Shown here: positions 51,306 through 62,739 of the stretch, in pieces
How positions within the stretch are numbered: the stretch's first letter is position 1
Layout of the letters: every line of letters starts with the position of its first letter
DNA from: Camelus dromedarius
Taxonomy: Eukaryota
Direction: 5' to 3'
Length of the DNA stretch: 64,000 nucleotides
Assembly (NCBI RefSeq): GCF_036321535.1
Contig: NC_087437.1
Coordinates: forward strand, 24,864,001-24,928,000
Position numbers and translations under genes: made by a program
The notes under the pieces: model-generated
Seen by the model: only the letters and a program-made list of their open reading frames with translations
What the model was told of the DNA's origin: nothing
The model's database searches: none

Positions 51306-52072
51306 TATCTTCTGTTCTTTGTTATGGCTTCTGCCCAATCTCTCCCTGTGCTACTTTCTCTTTCTTGCCTTTGCTCTACTTGTTTATGCTCATCTTGATA
51401 ATTTTTAATAAAATTCTCTTGCATATACTGCTCTCCTATAGAAACTCAAGTGGGCTATCACCCAGCAGACTGACAGTAGGGCCAGTCCTTTACGTGGAGT
51501 TGTAGAAGAAAGAGTGGCATCCAGGAAACACTGGCATGATGGTCCCTGCCTGGCTAAAATGGACATTTATTTATTTCTTTATAGACTGGGAAACTTGACT
51601 CCAACGGTTTTTAAGAGAGTAGGATTTCAATCCTAAATTTTAGACTATCATCAGTCATACTAAAGGAAAAGAGGAAGAACGCTATTGATGTTTTTAAAAG
51701 GTTTTGAAGAAATGACAGATATCTTTACCAAATACAATGTGTTCAATCTCACACTTAGACACTTCTGCGGAAATGGTGGGGCTTAAGGATGTGAGTGTGG
51801 ATAAAGCTCTTTAGGAGGTGGTGGGATGCAATAAATAACTCTGAAGACCCTACGTTAGCTAGCGGAAGACTGTTCATACTCCCCAAGGATGCTTATATTT
51901 TTTACCTGTTCCTGTGTCCTTATTTACCAGCATAAGTGCTCCCTGATCAAAATGTTTGTTATTGATTAACTAATTTTTTTTGATAGGATAGTTTTTGACT
52001 GTTTAATTCATCTGGCAAAAATGTAAATATACCTTTAGCTCCAGAGGGCTTTCCTAAAAGGTTCACGAATAA

Positions 52073-52166
52073 GAGAAAGAGAGAGAGACAGAGACAGAGA
52101 CAGAAACAGAGAGAAAGATAGAGAGACAGAGACAGAGAAAGAGATAAAGACAAAGGACACAGGAAG
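52073..52166. repeat. (GA)n/(GAGACA)n low-complexity repeat
   Basis: Direct reading. Confidence 0.9.
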
Positions 52167-52669
52167 AGCACTTTCTCATGAATTCAGCCAGGTGTTGGAG
52201 GCTGCAAAAGCATATATGGTTTAGCTGTTTTCAGGGCTTTTGTTCTAGCAGGAAATTGGTCCTTTGAGAGGGAGTGATTTATTCTATCTCAAGAATCAAG
52301 GACTTCTTCCCAAAAGAGATGTTGCCTGAATATGGTTTTTTAAGCAAGTTCTTCGAAGTTTAGTGCAGTTGTTCTCAGTTCTTGCTGAATATTAGCGGGA
52401 AAAAATCTCCTGAGAAGTACTTAAATCACACCATGGTCCAAATATCTTGTGAGTGCGGCCCCATCCTCCTCCAAGATCTTGGGTTAGTCAGCCGTGTCTC
52501 CTTGGTTGACAACCACTAGCGCAGTGCCCATTACATGTATCAGAAATGCCTCGGTTCTCAGAATCTCAGGGTGGGGCGCACCTTGAACAAATATGTCAAA
52601 TGATGCTTACACACCTAGATGTTTGAAAACTTTAAATAAAAGGCAAAATGTTACTGGGTGGATTGACAG

Positions 52670-52975
52670 TGGTGGGAGGAGAGGGCATCTCAGGCAGAGG
52701 CAACAGTCAGTGCAAACCCACAGAGGTGTGGAGCTGGATGGTGGATGATGAGGCTGAAGATGAAAAGACGGGGCTTCTTGATGAAGAGTGTAGGATGCTG
52801 CCCAAGGAGCCTGATCCTTGCCAGGCAGATGAAGAGAGCCATGGAGGGTTTAAAGCCCAAGTGACATGCTCAGAAATGAATTTAGAAAGACCATTCTGGT
52901 GGGAGTGTGTGGGAAGGACTAAAGAAAGGAAGACCAATATGGAGGATATTGAAAGAATCCAGGTGGTGGGTGGAA
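52670..52975 (-). mobile_element. L2 fragment
   Basis: GAGGGCATCTCAGGCAGAGGCAACAGTCAGTGCAAA...GAGCCATGGAGGGTTTAAAGC...TTTAGAAAGACCATTCTGG. Confidence 0.75.
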
Positions 52976-53021
52976 CAATGATGTGGGGAAAAAAAAGTCT
53001 CATATACATTTAAAAAGAATA

Positions 53022-53137
53022 GAGGTGGGTATAGCTCAGTGGTAGAGTGCCAACCCCCAGTACTTCTGTTAATAAATAAATAAATAAACCTAATTACCTC
53101 CTTCCCATAAATAAGTAAATAAATAAAATAAAAAGAA
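53022..53137 (+). mobile_element. Young tRNA-derived SINE with an internal deletion
   Basis: GGGTATAGCTCAGTGGTAGAGTGC joined directly to CAACCCCCAGTAC...AAACCTAATTACCTCC. Confidence 0.88.
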
Positions 53138-54239
53138 GGATTCATAGAGAGTCACTGAGGAAAAGAAGAGTCCAGGAGGACTTCCATGTTTGCTTGTTTT
53201 TGCTTTGAATGGCAACAGCAGCACCTGGGTTTTCTACTTTACATGTAATTAAAGGGAGTAACAGGTACCTAATCCATGTTCTCCATGAATGTTTAATACA
53301 GATACCTGAATGCTGAGAAACATACCATATTGACAGGTCGAAAAAGGGAAACACTATCAATCAGTAAATGGACTTCCTTTAGAGAGTAACAAGAAATCTA
53401 GTTCGCTTGGTGAATTTTAAGGTTAATGATTGCATGCAATATTAACTACATTGAGAGCTAGCTTTGGGAATGCAGTTTTGAAAATTCAGAAGTAGTGTGG
53501 CAAGACTAAGAGGTAAAATCAGTTATTTGCTGACCATCCCAGGTTTTATTAAGCTGATTTAGAACTTGAGGAAGCATTTCTGATTGGGAGCTGGACCTCC
53601 CATTGCTTCACCTATTATATCAAATTCTCTCTGGAGTTAGAACTGGAGACCACTTCATTTTTGAGTGTTTTTGTTTGGTTGTATAGACTTAATAACTATA
53701 TGTGAGAAATAAGTAATAAAATTGTTTTAAGGAATGCTGTGAGTGTAAAATGTGAACAAACCCGTAACAATGTACTTAATGAACTATAAAAATAAAAGGG
53801 TAGATTAATATCCTGTGAAACTTTGGCAAACTAATTATAATACAATGAGGGGCCAATGCACATGTTTTTTACTGAGCTCTGTGTGGAGAAGGGAAGCTCC
53901 CACATTCCTGGTTCACAGGTGATCAGTGATGTGCTGGGTCACAGAACAAAGAGCATGATGTTCCTTAAGGACGGAGTGGGAAAATCGAAAAAAATAAGCA
54001 ATTATGGCAACTGCCTGTATTGTTTTCGAATTTCAATCATTTATTTAAATATTTTAACAACTCCCAAGTGATGCATATGGTTTGAAATAAAGTTATCTAA
54101 AATGAGTAAAGTCATTATTTGTAGAGTTACAAGTATAAAACATGATTAAGTCACTGGAAATTGGAAAACTTCCATGGACACTAGCAAAATAAATAGCGTA
54201 TGTAAGTCATTTCATAAAAGGATTAGTTCATTTATTACT

Positions 54240-56090
54240 TATTTAGTTAAAATATTTTAATGAAAATAGCCATGTCATCTTTTCTAAGAAAAAGTCATAC
54301 TCACTGCAAGCTTTTTCAGAAAATTATGAAGAAAATAAATACCCATTTTTTTCTCTACCCAGAGATAATTATTACTGATATTTTGGTTCTGCTTTTGTAA
54401 AAAGTAGCCTTGGAGATTATCTGCCTTAAGCTATTTGCACAACCTGCTCTTTCTCTTAGCAATGTGGTGTGCACACTTTTTAATGTCAGCTGTTTAAAAT
54501 GGTTGTAAACCCCCTACTAATGGGCATTGAGTTCTTAGTATTTTAAAACATGTAAACAAAAGCATAGTAAGCACCTTTGTACATGTACCTCCACACACTC
54601 ACCTAATTACTTTCTTAGGATAACCATCTAAGTTAGTGACCTCAAATCATATAACCAAATTGTCATTTAAAAAGGTATCAGGGTAATATTTACTCTTGTA
54701 TTGTTGTTGAAAATTTTATTGTTTTTAAGTCTTAACAAACTTTATAGCTAAAACATCTCCCTAAATAATTTTAACATGTTTTTTGAATATTTATGTTTTC
54801 TTTTGTACATGATCCTGCTCATGACTACATTTTCTGCTGTTTTATTGTTTATTATAATTTTTATATAATTCAATCTGTCACGCTTTTCCTTGGAAAGTTG
54901 TTCCCAACCTTAAAATTATAAAAACAACTTCCTAAATAGTCTTTATATTTTATTATAATTTTCTTCCATTTGAATCATTAATTCATTTGAGATTTTTGGT
55001 ATGAGGAAAGAATATAATATTTTTAAATCAAAATCAAATTGTTTCAATGTCATTTATTCTTTAATCCATCCTTTTCCCCCACTGATAGAAAAATGCTGGT
55101 TTTACTACATAGTAAATCCTCATATATATTTAAGTCTGTTTCTGAACTCATTAGTGCATTCCATTGACTTTTTTCCCATTCTTTTCTCAGTAACAGTTTA
55201 ATTGATTATATTTGTATAAATTTCTAATATCTGGTAGAGGAAATCTTTCTCATTTTTGTTTTTAAGTTGTCTGGTAATACTCACACATTCATTATTGTGA
55301 TTAACTTTAATATAATTTTTTTTTCTTAAGTTCAGTTGGAGTAGTAATATTTGTTATATTTACAGATTAATTTTTAGAAAGTTTATCCACTCAGTGCAGT
55401 GTTACACAAGAACATTGCATGTGACTCTGTACTTTAAGGTTGTTTTTAACTCTTTAGTCAAGTTTTAAATTTTTCTTTACATAATTACTGCCTAATTCCT
55501 GTTAGATTTATTCCTAAGTGTTTTGTGTCATTTTTGTTTGTTTTTATTGTTTTTTTTAAATTTTTTAAAATAGAGGCACTGGGGATTGATCCCAGGACCC
55601 CGTGCATGCTAAGCATGTGCTCTACCACTGACCTATTGCCCTACCCTCCTGTTTTTACTGTTGTTATTGCTATTTTGAATGGATCTTTACATAGTAATTT
55701 CAAATATTTATTTTGGAATTTACTCTCTTACTGAATTCTTAATTTTCCTTTAATTCTCCTGGATTTTCCTTGTATTGTGTAACTTAACAAATTATACTTC
55801 TTTTACCCTATCCTTTTCATCTTTGTAAGTTCTATTATGCAATAGCTCTTTTGAAGTAATGTTAAAAATAATAGTGAGTGGATACAAACCCACCTGGTCT
55901 TTGACTAAACGGGATTATCTGTTGCACTCTGCTATTAGACGTAAAGCTTGCTACGGGTATACACACACGCACACGTGCACAGAGGGATTTTAATAAACGT
56001 CTTTTTTGTCATCAGTTGAGAGGATCACATAATTTTTTTCTTTTTCTGAACCATTAATTTGGTGAACATCATATCCTATTCATATGGCAC
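54240..56090 (-). mobile_element. Old, highly decayed L1 (L1ME-like) region
   Basis: T-rich, with motifs such as TTAATTCATTTGAGATTTTTGGTATGAGG, TTTCTAATATCTGGTAG, TGTTAGATTTATTCCTAAGT and GTTATTGCTATTTTGAATGG. Confidence 0.7.
55531..55647 (-). mobile_element. Young tRNA-derived SINE nested in the old L1
   Basis: GAGGCACTGGGGATTGATCCCAGGACCCCGTGCATGCTAAGCATGTGCTCTACCACTGACCTA; lacks the CCTAATTACCTCC tail. Confidence 0.88.
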
Positions 56091-58487
56091 AGATAATTAT
56101 GAAATTTCTGTTCATTCTGAAAACAATTTAAATTATTTTTGTCTAACCCACTGGTCTCCAAATAGGGATGGTACATTCAGTTAACTGAGAGGAAAACTCT
56201 TCTATTTCAATAATATATGCCTTTTAAAAATGATTGCATTGTAAGTTAAAAGCACATCATGTCTATACACTTTTTAAATAAATAAAAACATATTGGTGAT
56301 ACACACTTAAAAGTTGATCCTCCAGTGGCCTACTGGAAAAGCAATGAGACCCTGGAATTTCACTGCTTTCCTGAACAAAGGAGAAACTATCTTCCTTTAT
56401 GAAAAAACGCTACTTTCTGAGGTGAATTCTCTCAAACTACAATTGAATTTTACAGTTACAATTTTGTTCTTTCAATAATATCGATTGCGTGGATGACATG
56501 ATATTTGGTATGTGAACATCTGTTAATAAAATTAAATTTCTTATGGCCTATATTAATAAAAATGCCTCATTTTCCAATCCAGTATTTTAACATTGAATTC
56601 TTTCTGGTATTAACACTGCACACGTTGCTTTTATTTTTCATATTTTTCTGTTGTGTTTTTACTTATCCATTTTTGAGGTAGTTTTATTTATGCTTTGCAT
56701 TATGCTTAACAGAAAAACAATAAAGATAATCCCAATATGAATTTCTAAACTATCAATGCTATTTAAAATATTGTTTCAGAAGAGTAATTCAGTAATAGAA
56801 CCTGGAAGGGACAAGGCACAACTATTATTATTTACAGATTTAATGATTCATGGAGTCCATCTTCCCAAATCTCCATAAGGTCCAGAGGCCCTTTTTCTAA
56901 ATGTGCCTTTTACTTTTTGGGTAAATGTTCCAGAATGTCTCCTTCACTTCTCTTTCACGTGTTGCGTTGCTTTTCTCCCCTTGGGGACATTTTCCAGTGG
57001 CTCCATGGGTGTTTTATTTCTGGCTTGTCATGGCTGCTGTGGTGGAGCTTCCGTATTGGGCCAGGATTCCTGTGGGTGGACACCCCTTGAACTCTCTCCC
57101 AGTTAGCCCAGTTAACCAGTAGACCTTTACCTGGCAGACTGGATACAGTGTGTTATTTGTGTTCAGTTGTTTGCCCATCACATGCACTGAAGGAAATTGA
57201 GGCGGGACAGCTGGAGTCAAAGAGCAGCAGGAACGTCTGTGTTCCCATCACTCTCCCTCTGCCCTTGGCCATGGTTAATATCCATTCCATTCTGCGGTAG
57301 GAGTCTTCCTGATCTTAGCAGTTTCACACTCCAAAGAACATCTCAGTCTGACTAGAAGTGGTGAGTGAAAGACTTGTGGCTCAAACTCTTTTAAAGTTTG
57401 TAGCTTAATCTACCTGCATATAAATGTGATTTTTGTTTTCCCCAAAAATATCCTTCAGGAATGCAGAAATTGCCTTATATATGAGTTCTCATGAACCTTC
57501 CTGTTTAGTGGCGTATATTTCAATTGTTTAACTTTTAGCCCTAAAAATTGTTTTGAGGAAAGATCTTACAGAGAAACAACCGTTGTCAATGCTAAACGAT
57601 CTCGCACACAGCTTTTGGCGATTATTTCCTGGTCGTGCAAGAAATGTGGGTGGTCACTGTAGACAAATCTTTTCACACTTGTAAGTAAATCTTAAAAAAG
57701 CAATACAGAAAGAGGGAAGAAAACAATAGGGTAGTTACTTTGGGAAATTATAAGTATAAAACCTATACATAAAAAGAATAAGAAAATAATAAATATGGTA
57801 CATGAGCAGGTTCTTGTCTGTAGGACAGATTTTCCACTGGTAGTATCTTAGATGAATTTAAAATATTTGTATCTGAAAAAAAAACTTTAATGGAAGTAAA
57901 GACGATATGCTCTAAAAAATGGATGATTCAAAAGTAGCTTTGTGATAAGGATATAATGATGTGAAAGGCTTGAAAATCTTTATTTCACAAGTTGGGATTT
58001 TTAAAATTTTTTTAAGTGAACATCCATTCATAATTTCTAAATGTATTCATGTAACTAACTATACTAGGGAATTAATTTTAAAGTAGATATTTGACTCTTT
58101 TATCCATATCTATAAAAGTATTTGAAATCAAGTTGGCCAGACATTTTTGGACCTTCTAGTTGAAGTTACCTTATATGAGAGTTACCATATATTTGGAACT
58201 ACATAAAATTCTCAGTTAATTTTGGTCAGTGATGAAAAATTGCTTCAAGAATGTCTTCATTCTGAATTTGGGTAGGAAAATAAAATGGCTTTGCTGAAGT
58301 CTTTTCTGAAGATTCTGCTTTGTCTTCTCAAAACAGAGGCACAGGCCTGCTTCTGATGTTTGTGGGGCTAGCTCAGAGGAAGAGAATGAATGGAGGGAGG
58401 CCCACAGCCATCTACAGTGATTATTTAAAATTGTAAAACAGTCTGACGATTAAACAGATTCCTATCATCTTACATTGACAAATATAT

Positions 58488-58812
58488 TGACAAAAATTCT
58501 CTGCCTGACCAAATTTTAATAAGGTTCCTCAAACTTCTAGGCCCAGCTGTGCACTCCTATGTAAAACTTATTTTTAGCATAAACCATGCCAAGTCAGTTT
58601 ACCCAGAACCCCCACCCTTGACATCTGGTCATCCACAATATCTGATGAGGGTCTTCATCCTCCCCATCCCCCCACGTGATGTCTGATCACTGTGGCCTGT
58701 CTTCAGTGAGAATCCTGTAGGTCAGGTCAGCCAGACCTCCCTTTATGCTTGATGTTCCCCTCAGCAATTATCCTTCCATTGCCTCACTCCAACCCTGTTT
58801 TTTGGCTATAAG
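58488..58812 (+). mobile_element. ERV1 LTR (MER31/MER67-like), 3' truncated
   Basis: TGACAAAAATTCTCTGCCTGACCAAATTTT...CTAGGCCCAGCTGTGCAC...GCCAAGTCAGTTTACCCAGAACCCCCACCC...TGATGTCTGATCAC...TTGGCTATAA. Confidence 0.8.
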
Positions 58813-59121
58813 TTGTTTTCATGTAACTGGAAAGTCATCAAAATTCCAAAGACTAGCTGGATTTATTACGCATAACTGGGTGTTCTGGTGATGAGTCAGC
58901 AATGTATAGATGAGCAATAAAATAAAGCCCTGCATAGTTAATAAATTCTTATTTTTTTCATGAAATTTATTTGTATTGTCTCCATTTTAGCAAAATCAAT
59001 AACATGTTATAGTTGAGATGTTTCACATAACTTATGTTAGACATGTAGTGTTACACTAGACAACTTTTCTTTAGGCATTGTAGTCTCTAATTTTCATTAC
59101 TTTCATTTTGAAAATTCACTC

Positions 59122-59599
59122 TGCTAAATTTTACTTGAATCATGTCCTTCCAAAATTTATTTGTTCAAGTCCTAACCCCGGTACTTAATAATGTGGCCTT
59201 GTTTGGAAATAGGGTTGTTGCCAGTGTAATTTGCTAAGATGCGGTCACACCACATTAGGGTGAGTCCTTAATTCAGTATGACTGGTGTCCTTGTAAAACG
59301 GAGGAAACTTGGACACAGACACACAGGCAGAGAGGACACCATGTGAAGATGAAGGCAGAAGTCAGGGTGATGCATCTACAAGCCAAGGAAGGACAAAGAT
59401 GGCCAGCAAACCACCAGAAGCTAGGAAAGGGGCATGGAATACATTCCCTCTTACAGCCCTCAGAAGGAACCAACCAACCAATCAACCAACACCTTGATCT
59501 CCAACTTCCAGACTCCAGAACTGCAAGGCAATACGTTTCTGTTGGTTAAGCCACCCAGTGTGTAGTACTTGGTTATGGCAGCCCCAGCACGCTAATACG
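59122..59599 (+). mobile_element. MaLR solo LTR (MLT1B/C-like)
   Basis: TTTGGAAATAGGG...ATGACTGGTGTCCTTGTAA...CCATGTGAAGATGAAGGCAGA...CTACAAGCCAAGGAA...CCACCAGAAGCTAGG...TTATGGCAGCCCCAGCACGCTAATAC. Confidence 0.92.
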
Positions 59600-60464
59600 C
59601 CATGTTTGAGCTTGGAATGGGCTGACAAAGAAATCATTTTATTGATAAAGTTAAAATATTTTATGTTTTCTCCAAATTGCTCTCCTTACATCATGCTTTC
59701 ACCATCCCTTAAAATCTAAAATTATACAGTTCTTTCAAATACTTCTTCAATGATGGAATATTTTAAAGAAGATTGAAAATAGCAGTATGTTGCTCAGTTC
59801 TTTCCAAGTGCTTTTTAATTGAGATGAAACCTTGAGCTAGTATGGCCACAACCACTCTCCACAGCAATTAAATCTGAGTAAATATTTAATTAAAATAAAG
59901 CTACTCACAATTCTAGTGTTCAGTTTCCATGTAGCAGCCAATGCCAGGGATCTGTATTTAACTTCAAGCATCCAGACCCACATTTATACAAATTTAAGAA
60001 GAATGCAAATTGTTTACTGTTGAAAAACATTCCTTGGCCTCCGTGTGCAATTATTATAAATATTGCAACTAGTGTGTGAGGACTTCTGGAACCAAGAATT
60101 AGAACATGAAGAAAAGCAAGAAAATGGGTAGTTGGCACTATTGGGGAACAAATTTTCATCATGCAGGAAATATTACATTCACTGTTTCTGAGATGGAAGA
60201 TTTTACAAGTTAATTAATCTATTTTGCTCCCCTAGGTGCTTCAGCCACAAATATCCCCCCTGAACTGTGAAACAACCCCATCTTTTAAGGCAGAACTTGC
60301 AGTCCCTCAAAGTGTGGAGGTGCATTCAGCAAGTGCTGGGGACAAGAGTTTCTCCCTGCATGGAATAGCGTTAGTCCTGAGAGCTGCTGCGTAGTTGTGT
60401 GGTGCCAGGGCTGAGCACTGAGTGCCTTGTGTCAGAATGCCCTGTGTGTGTTAATGAATTTACA

Positions 60465-60903
60465 TTTTTTTTTAATTGAAGTATAGTCAGTTTATCATGT
60501 TGTGTCAATTTCTGGTGGACAGCATAGTATTTCAGTCATACATATGCACATATATATTCCTTTTCATATTCTTTTTTCATTGTGGGTTACTACAAGATAT
60601 TGATTATAGTTCCCTGTGCTATACAGTAGAAACTTGTTTATTTATTGTATATATAGCAGTTCATATCTGCAAATCTTGAACTCCCAATTTAGTCCTTCTC
60701 ACCCTCTTTCCCCCCTGGTAATCATGAGTTTGTTTTCTGTGTTTGTGTATCTAAAAGAATAAAATAATGCCATTTGCGGCAACAAGGATGGACTTGGAAA
60801 TTGTCGTCCTAAGTGAAGAAAGAGAAAGAAAAATACCATACGATTTCACTTGTATGTGGAATCTAAAAAAAATAAAAGGAAAAAAAAGACACAAACAAAT
60901 TTA
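60465..60903 (-). mobile_element. Young L1 3' end with 5' inversion
   Basis: 60465-60749 is the antisense 3' UTR with polyT; 60752-60903 is sense AAAAGAATAAAATAATGCCATTTGCGGCAAC...TGTGGAATCTAAAAAA. Confidence 0.88.
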
Positions 60904-61240
60904 ACTTTGGTGTGTTTCTGATAGACAAGCTGTAAGAGACTATCTAAAGTGTGAGCCCAGGTCAGGAATTCCTCGTTCCGAGTCCAACTGCTCAGTACTG
61001 AAGGGCAGTACTGGGGCTAAGGCCCCACGGTCTTTTGATTTTTCTCAGGGCTCACTTCTGTCCCTGCTCCAGTCCTTGTCTCTTTAACCTGAGTTTGTCA
61101 TAGCACCATTCAGAATTGTCTCACTTATCATCCTCTAGAGAGTAAAAATAAAAAGGTTACATATTGAAACTCTATGACCTCTTTTGATTAGCTTCAAAGT
61201 TTGTTCTATTGGGCACATATTTTCAGAGGCTGTGTGCACC

Positions 61241-61264
61241 TGTGTGTGTGTGTGTGTGTGTGTG
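61241..61264. repeat. (TG)12 microsatellite
   Basis: Direct reading. Confidence 0.9.
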
Positions 61265-62312
61265 AGATTACTGTCATTTTCCCCTTTAAGGATGGAATAT
61301 ACTCTATTTTTAGTTCTTTTTATTCATTTTGGTATGTTTTTTGAGAGAGGAGAGAGAAAAGCATGCCGTCTCCGCTGCCTGTTTTAAACATTCCTGTTAC
61401 TTTTTAAAATCTAGAAATATTTCCGGCTGAATTCATAAAATTCATTGTACTCAGCATGAAAAGGCAGATTCAAGCACGTTAACTGGATTGTAAAACTTTA
61501 CATAATCAAGTGAAATAACAATGTATTTAGATCTTTTAAATAGTATAAATTATTCGGGGCTCTAATGTTTACTTATCTGTATTCTAGACCATGGCTTAAA
61601 GCATTTAAATAATTATCATAAGATAATATTGGAATTAGGACTACAAAAACTAACTGGAAATGAAAATGTATACTTTTTTGTTAGCTAGCTGGGAAGTCTT
61701 GCTCAGAAACTGTTCAGTGGCATTAATGACATTATTATGACAAAATACAATAGTGTCACATATAGGAAATTTACTAAGTTTGGGGGGGCAGTGGTGTGCA
61801 GTGACGTATTAACAAAGTCTCTTCATTTAGTTAGTGGTCATTAACACCTCTTATATACTTATTGTTATCCTGTCTAATTTTTACCTGCCTCCCTTTTGCT
61901 GATAAACCCACTCTTCATCTAGGTGAGGTCATCAAGGTAGGCTTCAGCATGAAGAACTGTATACCTGAGAAAATATACAGGCTCTGGAGTTTAATAACTG
62001 GGAAAAACAAACACGTCTGATGACTGAAGCGGCCTTGAGCAGGACAGACGTGACTGGGAGAAACAGAGGTCAAAGCATCGGACAGCAGGAGGGAGTCGAA
62101 AGGAGGAAGTAGTTTTCAAAGGTTACTTTAGCAGCAAAATATAACGTCGTCATGGAGCTCATTCAGGGAAGCAAAGCCTGTCGAGCTTAGGGCTTTGTAT
62201 AGGGCTAGGGGCCAAAAACCTCCCTGAGTGGACTTAGATCTTACAGATAGACTGCATTTTGAGCCCTTTTGGTAGCAACGGAAGAGGAAACCCTTCAGTC
62301 CCCATATGCCAC

Positions 62313-62655
62313 AGTCCATTCAGGCTGAGATCCTATAGACTATGTAACTTATAAATAAGAGAAATTTATTTCTCACAGTTCTAGAGGCTGGAAATCCACA
62401 ATCAGGTTGCTGACATGGTCACGTGAGGGCTGTCTCCCTGGTTCTGGTCAGGACCTTAAAGTTGTGTCCTCACATGGCAAGAAGAGCTAGGGTTCTCTCT
62501 CAAGACTCTTTTGTAAGGCAGCAGTCCCATTCACGAAGACTACACATTCATGACTTAAGCACATTCCAGAGGCCTCACCTCCCAGTACTGTAATTTTTGA
62601 GGGTTGGGATTTCAGCATATGAATTTTGGGGGACACAAATATTTAGATCATAGCA
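62313..62655 (-). mobile_element. MaLR solo LTR (MLT1A-like)
   Basis: GAAATTTATTTCTCACAGTTCTAGAGGCTGGAAATCCA...GTGTCCTCACATGGC...GATTTCAGCATATGAATTTTGGGGGACACAAATATTTAGATCATAGCA. Confidence 0.9.
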
Positions 62656-62739
62656 CCATAATATTGGGAAAGCTACTCTATTCTCCATTTCCTTCCTAAG
62701 AAGTCTCTTTCCAATAGCCTAGGAAAATCCATTTCCTTT

